Positions 25,786 to 39,485 of a DNA stretch of 64,000 nt are shown in pieces; position 1 is the first letter of the stretch, and the number at the start of each line of letters is the position of its first letter. The DNA is taken from the NCBI GenBank assembly GCA_030141605.1, contig JAQGDQ010000591.1, forward strand, positions 27,524 to 91,523. Reading direction: 5' to 3'. The position numbers and the translations under genes are program-made. The notes below the pieces were generated by a model. It was not told the origin of the DNA. It ran no database searches and saw only the letters and a list, made by a program, of their open reading frames with translations. The stretch is from Tubiluchus corallicola (taxonomy: Eukaryota; Animalia; Priapulida).

Positions 25786-26271
25786 CAGTCAACCTCGGAT
25801 ATAAGGCCACCTCGGGACCGCAAAAACCGCCCCTTATATCCGATGTCCCTTATAGCCGAAGTTGAGTCAGACCGAGGGTGTATCTAGACCTGTACTTTTC
25901 TGTACTTTTATCCATATTTTTATGGATTATTGCTACACATTCAGTGCAAACGGTATGTAGGAAGCTCCTTCAGTCATGCGAGATGTATGTGACCGCGGAA
26001 ACCGGGCTGTTCGAAGGCTGAGTTTGCGAAAAATTGTGGTTAAAATCGATCAATTTCGCTTTGATCAGAGTCCCTTATATGTGAGGTAATTTACCTGAGT
26101 TTCTATTACGCGGGACCTGAAGATATCGTCCCTTATATCCGAAAGTCCTTTATATCCGTATATCCGAGTACCTTATATACGAAGATTTTTACATGGGAAA
26201 AACCTTACGAAAAATCGGGACCGGTGTTGGTGGTTCCTTATAAGCGAGTACATTATACCCGAGGTTGACTG
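25786..26271. mobile_element. pogo/Tigger-like MITE in TSPEAR intron 1
   Basis: TA|CAGTCAACCTCGGATATAA ... TTATACCCGAGGTTGACTG|TA, with repeated subterminal CCTTATATCCGA motifs. Confidence 0.88.
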
Positions 26272-26994
26272 TACAGTGCCAAGTCTAACATCCGTATATA
26301 CCACGTAGTTTTTTGTCACGAAAGCTCACGCTCCTCGAATTTATTTCAGTGTTTGCGAAAAATGCTAGAAGGAATGTTAGTGTGATACGCGTCTTTCGTT
26401 AAATTAGTTTAAAGTTTTTTTCTAGAAATGAGTTCAAGTAGCGCGCGCTTACGGAAAACCACGAAGCAATTACGGAAAATTACGAATTCAACCAGACAAG
26501 TGAATAGCGGCTACTATGCACCGCGCTCGAATATTTGTATACAGCGGTAATATAAACTAGCTTTTTGCTTTACAGACAGTTTTTTTGCAAAATTCTTTGT
26601 TATATTTTGCCAAATTTAAATGATAACAGTGAAATAAATCCAACATGCTAAGTGACTTGTCTTTTCCTTTAATAGATTAGATTAATAACTAATTAGCCAC
26701 TCGGAATTAACACTTAATTCTGATGACAATTAATTCAATGTGAAAAAATATTCTTATACTATATATATAGTATATATATTATGCCTAGTATATATATATA
26801 TATATATGCCTAGTTTTAAGGCAAGATATATAAGAAAATCAGCAACGGTTGCAAAGAATTGTTTTCTATTCATTTTGTGCCAATAGACAAAATTGAAAAA
26901 AACAATACTTTAAAACAAATTATAAGATAGTGAGACAAGCTTGTGACGTACACTGGAACCTATGCACAACACAATTAGCACAATCATGTCATTT

Positions 26995-27250
26995 AAGTCA
27001 AAGTCAAATAGTCAAAAGACAAAGACAAAATTTATTTACAAAGACAAAATTTATTTACAATCCCTCAGTTAACAGACAACATTAGCACAAACGACTATTT
27101 AGCGACTTACACTTACAAGTAACATAACAGACTACACAACAATACAACACACAAACAACATGTAGGTATATACACTGACACTGGCAGTCGCTAGACTCGA
27201 ACTCAAGACTGCGTGGTTGTAGTCCGAAATCTAGACCACTCGATCCGAGG
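26995..27250 (-). mobile_element. tRNA-derived SINE-like element
   Basis: Minus strand GGATCGAGTGGTCTAG (A-box-like) ... GAGTTCGAGTC (B-box), and a tail of AATAAA plus (TTTGTC/TTTGAC)n. Confidence 0.6.
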
Positions 27251-27944
27251 ATCGCTCCTGTAAATGGGACAGCATTAGGCTTTAAAGATCTACGGGTATG
27301 AAAGAAAATCTTGCGACGGTGTTAACGCTAAGTTTGGAAGGTGTTAACACTTTTTCTAACGGGAAAACTTTGTACAGCCGGGAAAACTTCTAATATGACA
27401 GTTTGTAATCTTTCACCTTTATGCTTGAATTAAACTAATTTCCCTTCATTCACAAAATCACGTTTTTGCAGTTGCCGCAAAAACGGAAGTAGGAAACGGA
27501 AGTGAAAAAAAATTAAATTGCAACTTTAATTATCGACAACTCTTAATTGAATATAGGATCTATAACAAAGCGACTTAAATTAGATGAGGCGAAATCTGTT
27601 TTTGAAACGATCTGTGTTTACGAAATAACAAAATCTCTGCGTTATTGACATCGTATGTCTGAACAAAAAACTAATTAATAATTAAATAAAGATAATTAAA
27701 GAAGCAAATAATTATTCAACAATTTGAGGAATACTTTTGTTTTGATAGCCGTTGCTTATTGACTCGCTGTTCGTAGTTTTGGGAATGTGTTAAGAGGTTT
27801 TAAAGACGGAGCCTTGCTCTGCACAAATCTAATTATTATTATGTAATTATTAACTAACTAATTTGAAACTTTGCTATAAAAAAATTGCAATAGAAATTGT
27901 TTTTTCCTAATATTGCTAGATTCATAAGCTTCTGTAAAATTAAA

Positions 27945-29270
27945 TCATATGATGAGTTGCCATCTTGCAGGGAGCGTCATTATCCATCTAATTTATGCTG
28001 ATGACATTCTCTTACTTGCAACTTCGGTTCCAATGCTTCAAGATCTTCTGAATATTTGCTCTAGTTTTGCTAATCTTCATAAAATTGATTTTAATTCGAC
28101 AAAAAGCAAATGTCTACATTTCTCGCCTTATCAATCAATCAATTTATTTCACTCCAGCAATACATATACAATACATCAACATACAATATTATTGAAACAA
28201 AAAGAAACAGTATAGGTAAAAAAACGTCGGTGAAGTTAAATTAACCAAATAAAAGAGTTGCTGTATGACACCTTGAAAGCTTGGCTTGTTAGGGTGGCAG
28301 AAATGCGTGAATGAAATAATGGTTAGGGTCAGAAGAAATGATGGAATGGAAAAAATGTAAGATTAGGGATAGAAAGAAGGAAGGGAGGGAAGGACGAGTG
28401 AATGAAATAATGGTTAGGGTGAGAAGAAATGATGGAATGGAAAAAATGTAAGATTAGGGATAGAAAGAAGGAAGGGAGGGAAGGACGAGTGAATGAAATA
28501 ATGGTTAGGGTTAGTAGACATGATGGAATGGAAAAAATAGTAAGATTAGGGATAGGAAGAAGGAAAAGAGGAGAAGAAACGACCACAAAGCACGTTGTAC
28601 CTGGTAAAGTTTTCCTTGGTGATGCTGCATTGCCAGTAACGTATTCAGGAGAAACATCTTGATCATGTAATATGCACTATTCTAAGCGACAACTGTGACA
28701 TTCAAAACCAGATTAGTTTTTTTTATTCACTGATTAATAACTCTTTAATCAGAAAATTTTCTGTGTTCAGATGGTGTCTAAATCATGCTATTTAAGAGTT
28801 ATTGCTGCACCGTTTAATGTATGTCTTTATGGACTAATTATAATAATGGTGGGATAAATAGACTGCGTACACGACAGTGACATTAGAAAACTGTTTTGTT
28901 TAAAGTACCATTGCGGTGTTTCTGGCATGTGTGTAAACCTATCTACGATGGCAGTGTTTCTGGCATGTGTGTAAACCTATCTACGATTGCAGTGCTTCTG
29001 GCATGTGTGTAAACCTATCCACGATTACAGTGTTTCTGGCATACGTATAAACCTATCTACGATTGCAGTGTTTCTGGCATATGTTCAAACCTATCTACGA
29101 TTGCGGTATTTCTGGGTACTAACTTATCTGTGCCACATTTTAAGTCATATTTTCAGAAGATCATGATATAGCGTTCGAGATAGGTTGCTACTGTACACTG
29201 GCAATAGTATTATAACTGCTATTGTTAATTCACCACATCGACAAAGTGTATAAAGACAAAGTGACGAAAT
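27945..29270 (+). mobile_element. Degenerate LINE reverse-transcriptase fragment (RTE-X-like), interrupted
   Basis: HLIYADDILLLA..LQDLLNIC..FNSTKSK (RT YADD motif); resumes after the family-F insert with LIRKF..LFKSYC..SLW. A 39-bp array lies at 28915-29110. Confidence 0.8.
28130..28580 (-). mobile_element. Family F copy 2, nested in the RT remnant
   Basis: Matches 12047-12620 and splits the RT reading frame. Confidence 0.8.
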
Positions 29271-30024
29271 TCGCCTATTGTTACGTACTTCATTTTTGCA
29301 ATTAGCGGCTACGCTGGCGGCATCTAACGCAGAGGATCAAAAACTTTTGTGGCCGTTTGACAATAACGAACAATGTTGGACATCGACTGTCGGCTCTTGA
29401 TTTTTTATGAAATGGAACTAATTATTACATAATTAGTCTCTAAAAATTTATTTAACTCTTACGTTACTAACGATGTATATACATTTAATCTTGCAATTTT
29501 TTATTTCATTGGATTTTATTTCGTTTTAGGACTTTATTTTGTATTTATAGTTACCGAAATAAAAAATTGAATTGAGTTAAATTGACCAAGCTCATGAAAA
29601 CAGCAAGAGGTAAACATAATTACCGACTGTACCAATTTTCTCTTGTCTGTGTGGATGAATTGAAGTTTTTGCTGTACTCCCCCGGCTGTATACTTCTGCT
29701 TCGCTGATTCTTTAGTCAAACAAGCGAAGCTTAATTAAACGTGCTTAATACGAACGTGTAAACGTACCGAACACATGGGCGCCATTTTGAAATTTTCGTT
29801 ACAAGTTCACGTAGTGATTGAAGTACACGGAGTAAATTTATTTTTTGGGGAGTCTAGCGGGGTCGGATTATGACCTTTTTGGGCCCGTAGGCTAGGCTAA
29901 TGAAATTATGGGTGCCATCTCACAAGGTGGCACCCTAAACCGTATTTAATATGTTTGCTTGTCATATATATATATTTTAGCAACATTTACATAGCTTGAA
30001 GTAAACGTATTGCAAGTTCCTTAA

Positions 30025-30630
30025 AGCAAAACCGGATCCTATCTTAATCTGTAGGTCAAAACAATCTACACTTTAAAAAATATTGAAAAAAACATTCTAT
30101 TTTTTTCAAAAAATGACTTACGTGAAAGAATTATTGCCACACTAACACAATTTCGCGTTCGCGCCACTTGTACTTCGCTGTTACATGCATTTCGCCATTC
30201 GATAGTTAGATGGGCACAAGTGCCTGCATTTCAGAAACACGTTGCACAAAAAACAGGTGCTGTACCTTTCAGTTCAGATGTGTTAGTTTCTGACGAACTA
30301 CACACGTTTGACAGCTCATGCGTGAACACAGCAATAAATTTGAAATTTGAATTTTAAACTTAGAAATTGTCGAGTTTTTGTATATCACACTGAATGTTGT
30401 ACATTAGCACTGTACTTTAATTTTCGCTTTCGCAAACACGTGCAGCACGCTAGTGGAATATTTTGCTGTTGCAACTCATGTTAGTTTGGGACGCCATCAA
30501 TATTTTGGCTCGTCCGCCATTAATTGAGATTTTCATCTATTATTTAATTAAATAATAATTTGGGTGTTAAATGCATACTTTTACCGTACTTCAAGATGGG
30601 ATAGTATGTGAAAAATCATCCTGTTTTTCT
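30025..30630 (+). mobile_element. Family C full-length copy
   Basis: TTAA|AGCAAAACCGGAT ... ATCCTGTTTTTCT|TTAA. Confidence 0.85.
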
Positions 30631-31212
30631 TTAAACTAAAGCAAATTGAAATTTGGATGAAAATCTTGATTGTTCACTGCTCGCATTATAAACTACAATT
30701 AAACCCAACTCTGCACAAAACGGTGACCTCATTGACCTCTCTCCTCTCCCTCCTACAACTGTGGGTGGCGCGCGACCGCCTATAGGTCTCTACACACAGC
30801 GTCCATTGGCTATTGTTGACGATCAAGTTCGCATCGTTCATTAAAATCCTGCTGATTCATAGACTCAGCCTCCGCTAAGACTCTTAGAACGTTATTAGCA
30901 GCAATCAGGGTTGAATCTAACTCTTTGAATCCTTTGTGTGGCCTCAAGCCGATCATGGAGCTTACAACGGATTATGAGCATTACGAGCATAAGAGGGTTA
31001 TACTCATCCACCGATTATCTCCGATATCTCGAAACGAGTGTTAAATTTAAATTTTCAACGCAAAGTTTGATTGTATCCGTAAAATATATATATATATATA
31101 TATAGATTAGATTCAGATTTTGATTTAAACTTTATTTCAAACTTAAAATATAAGTATAAAAACATTCAAATACTATATTACATATCTACAAATTTGTCTC
31201 TATGATGACATG

Positions 31213-31432
31213 CTCGAGTAGGTCCGACAGCATCCTCTATAGAAGTACAGAGGTAAAAGATGCTTTAGCAACTGTCCTTCAACCAACAAACTTTTGTAGG
31301 TCATGGTACTTTCACTGGTTGACGAGTTTTTGGGACACCGTGTATTCCTGGCTTAAGTGTATATGAGAATAACAATAATCCTCATCCTCCTCCTCCTCCT
31401 CCTCCTCCTCCTCCTTCTCCTCCTCCTCCTCC

Positions 31433-31472
<40 letters not shown>

Positions 31473-31650
31473 AGGAAGAGGAGACTCTTGAGGTAATCTT
31501 AGCGTATGCCCAATCCAATGCAATCTTCTTCTTGTATTCGTTTACTCCAATAATTCTTCTTGACCACATCATACAGATCATCATCATCGCCATCATCATC
31601 GTCATCATTATCATCACCATCATCATCATCTTCGTTATTACGCCCATTGT
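31213..31650. repeat. Microsatellite-containing interspersed repeat, copy 1
   Basis: A ~170-bp block (cgagtaggtc..gagaataacaataatcc), then (ATC)n, then ttcgttattac; also present at 33861-34590. Confidence 0.8.
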
Positions 31651-32379
31651 GAAGATCTCATTGAGGTTCATAAAAACTGGCCAGAAAAGAAAACATTTTG
31701 TTTTGTCTTTATTTAAAGTTAATCAAGTAGTTGTTTTTATCTAAACTTGCAAAGCCATAAACTAAACTAAACTGCGCATTTTCTGGATTGCAAAATGGTT
31801 TAATCAGCAACTCATAGACGTAAGCGTTGTTCATTTCATTTCTTCCTATAAACGAAACTAGACTATATATTTCCACTAATTCACTTGCAATTTCATTTGA
31901 CAATAAAAAAATTTAGAACCAGGCCCAATATTTCTCCCGTTAACTAATGAAAAGTTGAGCATTTTTCATAACAGTGTTAGACGGACCTGTAGCTAAATGT
32001 CCCGAACGTACCTGCGTTAAATAAGCTCTGCAGGGTTGCGAAATAACTTGCACGCTGATTGGGCAGTCAACGAAAATGATTGAGATTATGTTAGACGGCA
32101 ATTAATATAACCAATGCAAATTGTATTGTATTCAATATTGAATCTCAACCATTAAACCTCAAAGTCTGACGTTTGTTTGACAGTTAATTAACAATTCATG
32201 TCGTCACTCTCTGGCATTTAATTCCTATCATAAGTGTTATGATTACGTTCCTGTCAACATTTTAGATAATATTCAAACTAAATGTGTAAAGAAACGTCGG
32301 TATTCTTGTTACGTAGCCATTAATCGTACATTAACACATACAATCTACTCGTCTTATGTACCCCGATTCTCTACGGGGT

Positions 32380-32403
32380 AATGAAGATGATAACAGCGAT
32401 GAA

Positions 32404-32459
<56 letters not shown>

Positions 32460-32748
32460 CGACGATGACGACGACGACGACGATGATGATGATGAAGATG
32501 AAGATGAAGATGAAGATGATGATGTAGTAATGGTGATGATGATGAAGATGACGATGATGATGATGAAGATGATGATGATGATGATGATGGTGATGGTGAT
32601 GGCGATGGCGATGATGCTGCTGCTGCTGCTGCTGATGATGATGATAACGATGGTGATGGCGATGGTGATGATGATGATGATGATGATAATGATGATGATG
32701 ATGATGGTAATGATGATGATGATGACAAGACGATGATGATGAGGATTA
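32380..32748. repeat. (GAT)n compound microsatellite
   Basis: Direct reading. Confidence 0.97.
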
Positions 32749-33182
32749 TTGTAATCCTCATATATAAGATATATATATAGTTCTCTCTAATAAGAAGAGT
32801 GTAATTTATAAAAGATTTTACAAAAATGTACAAGTCTGTTCTAGGTAGGATAAACAAAATAAATAAGCTAACTAACCAAAGAAATAACCCACTGATGAAC
32901 CAACTAACCAACCGATACCGACCAATAACTGACATATCCTGGACATACTGCCCAACCAACGAGCCAGCTAACTATGAAATCAACAAACCAACTAGCCAGT
33001 CAACTGACTAACAGAGTAGTGACCAGTCTGTTCGAACGTCAAATAACCTACAAGCCAAAAAGGCAACTAACAGGCAAGCAAGCAAGCAAGCATGCGTGTA
33101 TGCAGACAAACGAAAAAAAAACAGAAAAATAAAAAAGTTTTCCTAATGTATAAATTACAAGTTTTGCCGTTTTTTATTTTAG

Positions 33183-33376
33183 ATTCTGGCGTGTTGGACC
33201 TGATCGACGCCGCGCTTGGCGACAACAAACATTTACCAAATGGAGTGCAGATCATTTACGATCAGGAACAGGACACGCATGCGTACAAGCTGCGTAGCAA
33301 AGCATCCAGGTTGGGAATACCGGTGGAGAAGGTCCTCCCGGGATGCGACTACTGGCCGGAGGAGTATTCTTTACTA
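33183..33376 (+). CDS. TSPEAR: TSPEAR-like exon, start of TSPN/LamG domain
   Basis: ttttag| ... |gtgagt; SGVLDLIDAALGDNKHLPNGVQIIYDQEQDTHAYKLRSKASRLGIPVEKVLPGCDYWPEEYSLL, matching recalled TSPEAR CDLFPEEFSIV. Phase 1 to 0. Confidence 0.92.
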
Positions 33377-33860
33377 GTGAGTTTTCCTTTTTGCTGTTTT
33401 GACCATCACAGAGTCTCGGATGACATTCCTCCCCTTTTGGTTCACTCATTTCAATGAATCGTAGTTGATTTAGTATGATTCGTGGAGATCATACTTGTTA
33501 ATTCACGCATGCGCAATACACAGTTGTGAAATTGTAATCAAAATTCGCTGTAAATAAAATATTTAACCGCCCGTTAATACGATTACATATGGGAAAATCG
33601 CCCCAAACAAGTCTAGTGGCACTCAAAGTACAGTAAAAAGTGTGAATACATCACCTGCGAAGTCTTATAATTAAGTAGGCCGAATTTGCTGGTAATAAGA
33701 GCTACCTGTTAGTTCTCGGACGAGTAGGCTTACAGCTTTCCGGGGAACGCCTTTTTGGTAAGATTCCACAGATAAGAAGTGCGTGGGAAAAAATTAGATT
33801 TATAAGCAGCTGTTCTGTCCCAAAAGATGTCCATGGTAACGTATGAGAAACGTCAGATAA

Positions 33861-34135
33861 TCGAGTAGGTCTGACAGCATCCTCCATAGAAGTACAGAGG
33901 TAAGCGATGCTTTAGCAACTGTCCTTCGACCACAAGCTTTTGTAAGTCATGGTAGTGGTTCCTTCACTGGTTAACGAGTTTTTGGGACACCATGTATTCC
34001 TGGCTTAAGTTTAGATGAGAATAACAATAATCCAATAATCTTCCTCATCATCATCGTCATGATCATCACCATCATCATCATCATGATCATCATCACCATC
34101 ACCATCACCACCATCACCATTACTATCATCATCAT

Positions 34136-34179
<44 letters not shown>

Positions 34180-34235
34180 CCATCACCACCATCACCATTA
34201 CTATCATCATCATCATCATCATCATCACCACCACC

Positions 34236-34305
<70 letters not shown>

Positions 34306-34334
34306 CCATAATCATCTTCATCATCATCACCATC

Positions 34335-34392
<58 letters not shown>

Positions 34393-34399
34393 CCATCCC

Positions 34400-34436
<37 letters not shown>

Positions 34437-34590
34437 TTCATCTTCATCTTCATCTTCATCTTCATCACCATCATCATCATCATCATCTTCATCATCTTCT
34501 TCAACATCTTCATCATCATCACCATCATCATTATCATCATTATCATCATCATCATCATCATCATCATCTTCGTTATTACACCCACTGTGT
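33861..34590. repeat. Microsatellite-containing interspersed repeat, copy 2, with a long (ATC)n
   Basis: Same flanks as 31213-31650. Confidence 0.8.
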
Positions 34591-35085
34591 AGTCATTGAG
34601 CAAGCAGAATTGTAAAATAAAAAAATTCTGCTCTCAAGACAAGTAAACACAGCAGTAATCCCGCGAAAAACTAGACACTGCTACAGCACTACTTCCGAGC
34701 ATGTTTGATTTCCGACCATCATCATCATCATCATCATATGCCCATTACGTCTATTGTAGACATTGGGCAAGCAGAGCTGTAAAAAATCGGAAGTAGTTCG
34801 GAAGTGGTGCTGACAATCCATTGGCATAATAGTGTCTAGGTTTTCTTGCTTTTTGGTTCCTGCCCTGTTTACCTGTCTTGAGGGCAGATTTCTTTCATTA
34901 AATTGGCTTCTGAGCAAACAGGCGCTTCCGATGAATAACAAGCGCGCGAATCTTCACACGCAAAAACCATTTAATTCAAGCCACCTTTGTCCTACACGAC
35001 GCACTGCAATGCCTAATAGGCGCTAGACATTTTTTTCTTTATGCACAAACGTCTGAGGATTGAACTTGGTCAAAAAGCTTCTTAA

Positions 35086-35533
35086 AGTAAGACCGGACGA
35101 TTGTTTAGAGTCAATCTCATTTTAATTGACTGTCCAAAATATACATTTTCTTGCCTGTAAAAGTTAACAATTTTTCCTTATACTTAAATAATTAGTTTAG
35201 AAAGTTAATTAACGGCAACCGAACACAGCTATTGTTTACGTCAGAAACTGACCACAGTTTGTGTAATGGCAGGCATCTTCCCTTGCGCGTCAAGCACATT
35301 TGCATAAGTATTACTGCTTAAACGCATGATGTCACGAAAAATGTGCTCTTCGTCATATGACGTCAGAAGCTAACACTGAGCCGCGCGTAGCTTTGAAAGT
35401 TTAACGAAATTTGAGTACCCGAAGAAATTGTTATTTAATCTAGGCTTTGATTTAGAAAAAGCTATTGTAGTTTTCAATATTTTAGAGCATTCTTTATTCT
35501 GAACTCATGTTTACACAATCATCCGGTTTTCCT
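35086..35533 (+). mobile_element. Family A MITE copy 2
   Basis: TTAA-flanked; colinear with 6527-7068, with an internal deletion. Confidence 0.85.
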
Positions 35534-35806
35534 TTAATTTGTGTAGTATGTGGATTCAACTGCAGACGAGATGATGTCATGTATTATAAAAGGCATCGAA
35601 GTCTGAGTTACGCTGCTAGATGCTTTAATATCGGATTAAACAGAAATTATTGTTCCGCAAAAACCAATCAGACTAAGTAAAAAACCGCATAAAATGTGAA
35701 TAACTGGGTTTTCTCGTTGTAAATACTCCGTGTGGACAGATATATGGGATTGTATATAGAATTATTGTGTACTATGGTTACTGGGTCGTCTAGTAAACAG
35801 TTACGT

Positions 35807-36212
35807 TATTTTCTTCAAGTAGTTGTGAGCATGCGCAATAGGACGCACTGCTAACGGTAGCTACTGCACATCGCTATTCAAAAAACAACTTAGAAACCTC
35901 AATGTGGCTATTTTCTTCGAGTAGTTGTGAGCATGCGCAATAGGACGCACTGCTAACGGTAGCTACTGCACATCGCTATTCAAAAAACAACTTAGAAACC
36001 TCAATGTGGCTATTTTCTTCGAGTAGTTGTGAGCATGCGCAATAGGACGCACTGCTAACGGTAGCTACTGCACATCGCTATTCAAAAAACAACTTAGAAA
36101 CCTCAATGTGGTTATTTTCTTCGAGTAGTTGTGAGCATGCGCAATAGGACGCACTGCTAACGGTAGCTACTGCACATCGCTATTCAAAAAACAACTTAGA
36201 AACCTCAATGTG
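35807..36212. repeat. 102-bp tandem repeat, 4 copies
   Basis: agttgtgagcatgcgcaataggacg recurs every 102 bp. Confidence 0.95.
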
Positions 36213-38084
36213 GTGGCTATTTTTTACTTAATGCATAACTAACTGCTCTTGTAATCGTGTGCCTAACTTATAAATGACGTATCTACTGTCTGAAAATCTA
36301 CAAAGGATGTTTCATGAGTCATAGACCAATATAAAAACGAGCTAGCATCGCTTGTCTCTGATTTAAGCCATTGGGGGGGGGTCATTTTTGGTACCCTAGA
36401 GACTAAAAGTACCCGTTCTTTCCTGGTAGACGTCCATACCTGAACATCACATATTGTATATATTACATTATATATGTAATATGTATATTATATGTAATTA
36501 ATGTAATATGTATATTATATATGTTTAATGTAATATGTATATTATATGTAATTAATGTAATATGCATATTATATGTAATTAATGTAATATATATATATAT
36601 ATATATGGATATTATGTATCCGATATTCTTTTATGACTGATTATTGGAAGCTCTTTCATCCGATGGTTCCTTGCAGAGGATCTGTATTGATAAAAATTGA
36701 GTGGTGCGTCCTAAATAATTATAATTCTCCAAGCTAGGTTTCGTCGTGTTCCGAACACTTTCCATCGCTTTCCTACCATTTCTGCATCCGGGCTGTGAAT
36801 ATTTGCAGACGTCGGCATAGTTACCACGACGACTAATGCATTAATGATGAAACTGGGAGGTAATTATGCGAATTCGAGGAATCGAAGTAATAAAACAGAT
36901 GTGGGTCATTGAGATTTCTCGTAGAAAATCGGACGCAACTCAAGTCCCGGAGAAACCGAAGCCCAATCTGAAGCCCAATGGGGATGTAAAGCGTTTATGA
37001 CATGCTGTGTTCCACCATAAAACCCATCAACGGGCTATTTTATAAGCTGCTTAACCAACGCTGCTCGCTTCGATGGCATGTTAACTTGATAAGCGATTAG
37101 TGCCTGGCAAACCGTTTTTACAACACCAGACACGTGGTCAGGGCGTGGCCTTGCTAACCGAAGCCACGTGGTCAGTCAGGCGTGACGGGTTGTTTACTAC
37201 AACTGTGTCATTTACGACTTTGCGTAAATTCAGCTCGAAATCTAACGTCCGGCATTCCCAATGCTTCTCTCTGTCCTGCCCAGTCACCGCTGTCCTGAGC
37301 TGCTGGTTCGAAACTAAGCACTGAAGTATTTTACAAATTTACGATTGCCATTTTCTTTTCTCACACATGTGGTCAGCTCCAGCTTACTAGACACTCAATC
37401 CCGTAATTGGATTACTGTATCACGTGTTTCATTGTTATACCTGATTGGCTGATTCTAGTTTGAATTCACCAATAACGGTGGATTTAGTCCTTATTCAATC
37501 GCTGATTGCTCTCTATTCTGTCACCATTCTTTTGCTCATTGGGTAGCTTCAACTTCCTTGTATGGCAAATAATTCAATACATGTCTGGATCAGATCTGGA
37601 TCATATATGGATCTAGTCATAGTATGGATATGGCACAACAATTTTGGACGACATATGAATCAAACATTGCTTACTAAAATTGTTGCTCGACGTTGATAGG
37701 GTGACATCTTTGTTACGGCTATGGTAACAATAATTTCAAAGCACTTGTGAGGGAAAGCACCATATTGAAAGCAACGTGTTGAAAACGACATATTGAAAAA
37801 GCACATTAAAACAACATATTGTGAACAACATGTTGAAAACAACATTGAAAACAGTATATTAAAAACAACGTATTGACAGCAACTTATTCGAAAACAACAT
37901 ATTGAAAAAGAACATATTGAAAACAACATGTTGAAAACAGCATTTGAAGAGTGATGAAAGCGAGTGGTCTCTAGAATAACTATAGATAGTTATTATTATT
38001 AGTGTATCTGTCAAAATCAGCGTATTTTTGTAATCTATCATAAAATTTGTAATTTGAAAATATAGAACAAGGCTTCCTTTCAAA

Positions 38085-38611
38085 CGAAAGGACAGGACCC
38101 GCATGTTGGGTTTATCTTACTGTTATTTTTTGAATCTTAAAAAGTATATATAACAAAGAAATTTGCAAAAAAACTGTCTATAAAAAAGAAGTTAATTAAC
38201 ACTAATTCACTTGAAAGTTATGACGTAACTGGTGGAAGTCGTATCCGTTCAGTGTAAACGCATTTGACTTTTCGTAAGCGAGAGCTGTTTAAACTAATTC
38301 AGACTTCTACAGCTTACCAAATGCTCATGCAAGAATATCACAAAGTTAGCTGTCTATTTTTTTGTAAAATTATTAAACATTTGACGGAAATTGACAGTGC
38401 ACTGCTTTTCTTCACCCGATGAATGACGTCACTGGTGGAGAAATGGACGACGTCATCGGTGGAGAAATGGGCGTTCAAAATGGGCCCCCAAGCGTGAAAT
38501 GATCGAAACTTTAAAAAGACTTTACTAGTTACACGAGTAGCTTATCGCACTTTTATTGCTAAATCCTTTTAACATTTTTCCCGAATGTCCTAAATTTGGC
38601 CTTTCCTTTAA
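38085..38611 (-). mobile_element. Family B reverse copy
   Basis: Ends GGCCTTTCCT|TTAA; reverse-complement similarity to 17655-18174. Confidence 0.7.
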
Positions 38612-39014
38612 GATGTTTTACAGGAAATTCTATCATCGTGTGCGGCCCAGACTTCTATTAATGAAAATTCAATCAGTAATCTCAAGCTGATGGTTCGATG
38701 AATGGTGGCCGCCTGCTGTCATGTCGTGTGAGTTTTCGGATTCATCGTACGGACAGCCTAAACGGAAAATAATGGCTCTTTTTTGAGTTGTGATCAGTGA
38801 TATCTGTCCGGGAGAATAATGGAAGTTCACAACTTATTGGGAGAAAAGCTCGTTTATTGTACGACTAAGAAACGATGATGCCAGTGTTGGATTCACAGCT
38901 ATCGTTGGCACATTCCAAAGTTACTCGTCGTCATGATCGTGATGTTTTTTTAGTTAAAAGCAACACAACTTCATTAAAAATTTTACATCAAAAAGTTAAA
39001 AGTTGAAAATCACG

Positions 39015-39053
39015 CCAAACGTTTCGACTAGCTGCTGCTGTCATCAACAGTGG
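39015..39053 (-). ncRNA. Hammerhead-like motif with core A6>U change
   Basis: CCA-CUGUUGA-U-GACAGC-AGCA-GCU-A-GUC-GAAAC-GUU-UGG. Confidence 0.6.
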
Positions 39054-39446
39054 TAAATTCACAAACCAGTTTGAATAGACATTATGTAGTCTATTATGTG
39101 TAGTCTATTGTGAAGCCTTATAATATGCCCTATTATGCACTAATTAAGTAGTTGAGAGAAGCTAAATAGAAGCCAACCAAAAGTTCAATTCCTCTAAGTT
39201 TTAAAATATAAATTTTTTAAACTTTTAAATTTTAAAACGTAGCTGTTTGTTACTACATCACTTTCTTCTGGTCTGCTTAATCATTACTTATTTGGCTTTT
39301 ATAAATACACAATTAGTGCATAATTCATTGTATCGATTTCCTTTCTACTGGTCTGCTTATTCATTACATATTTTTCTTCTGTTAACTATTTTATTAGTAC
39401 ATACTAGGCCCTGCGTATATGAATTGGTTATATGTTTGTAAATTTA

Positions 39447-39485
39447 CCACTGATGATGACAGCAGCAGCTAGTCGAAACGTTTTA
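39447..39485 (+). ncRNA. Hammerhead-like motif with intact core, on the TSPEAR sense strand
   Basis: CCA-CUGAUGA-U-GACAGC-AGCA-GCU-A-GUC-GAAAC-GUU-UUA; palindromic AACGUU in place of stem III; 3' strand of stem I decayed. Confidence 0.65.

Noticed and set aside
27183-27250. Functional tRNA gene
   Set aside because: A- and B-box-like motifs are present but no convincing cloverleaf; treated as a SINE head.
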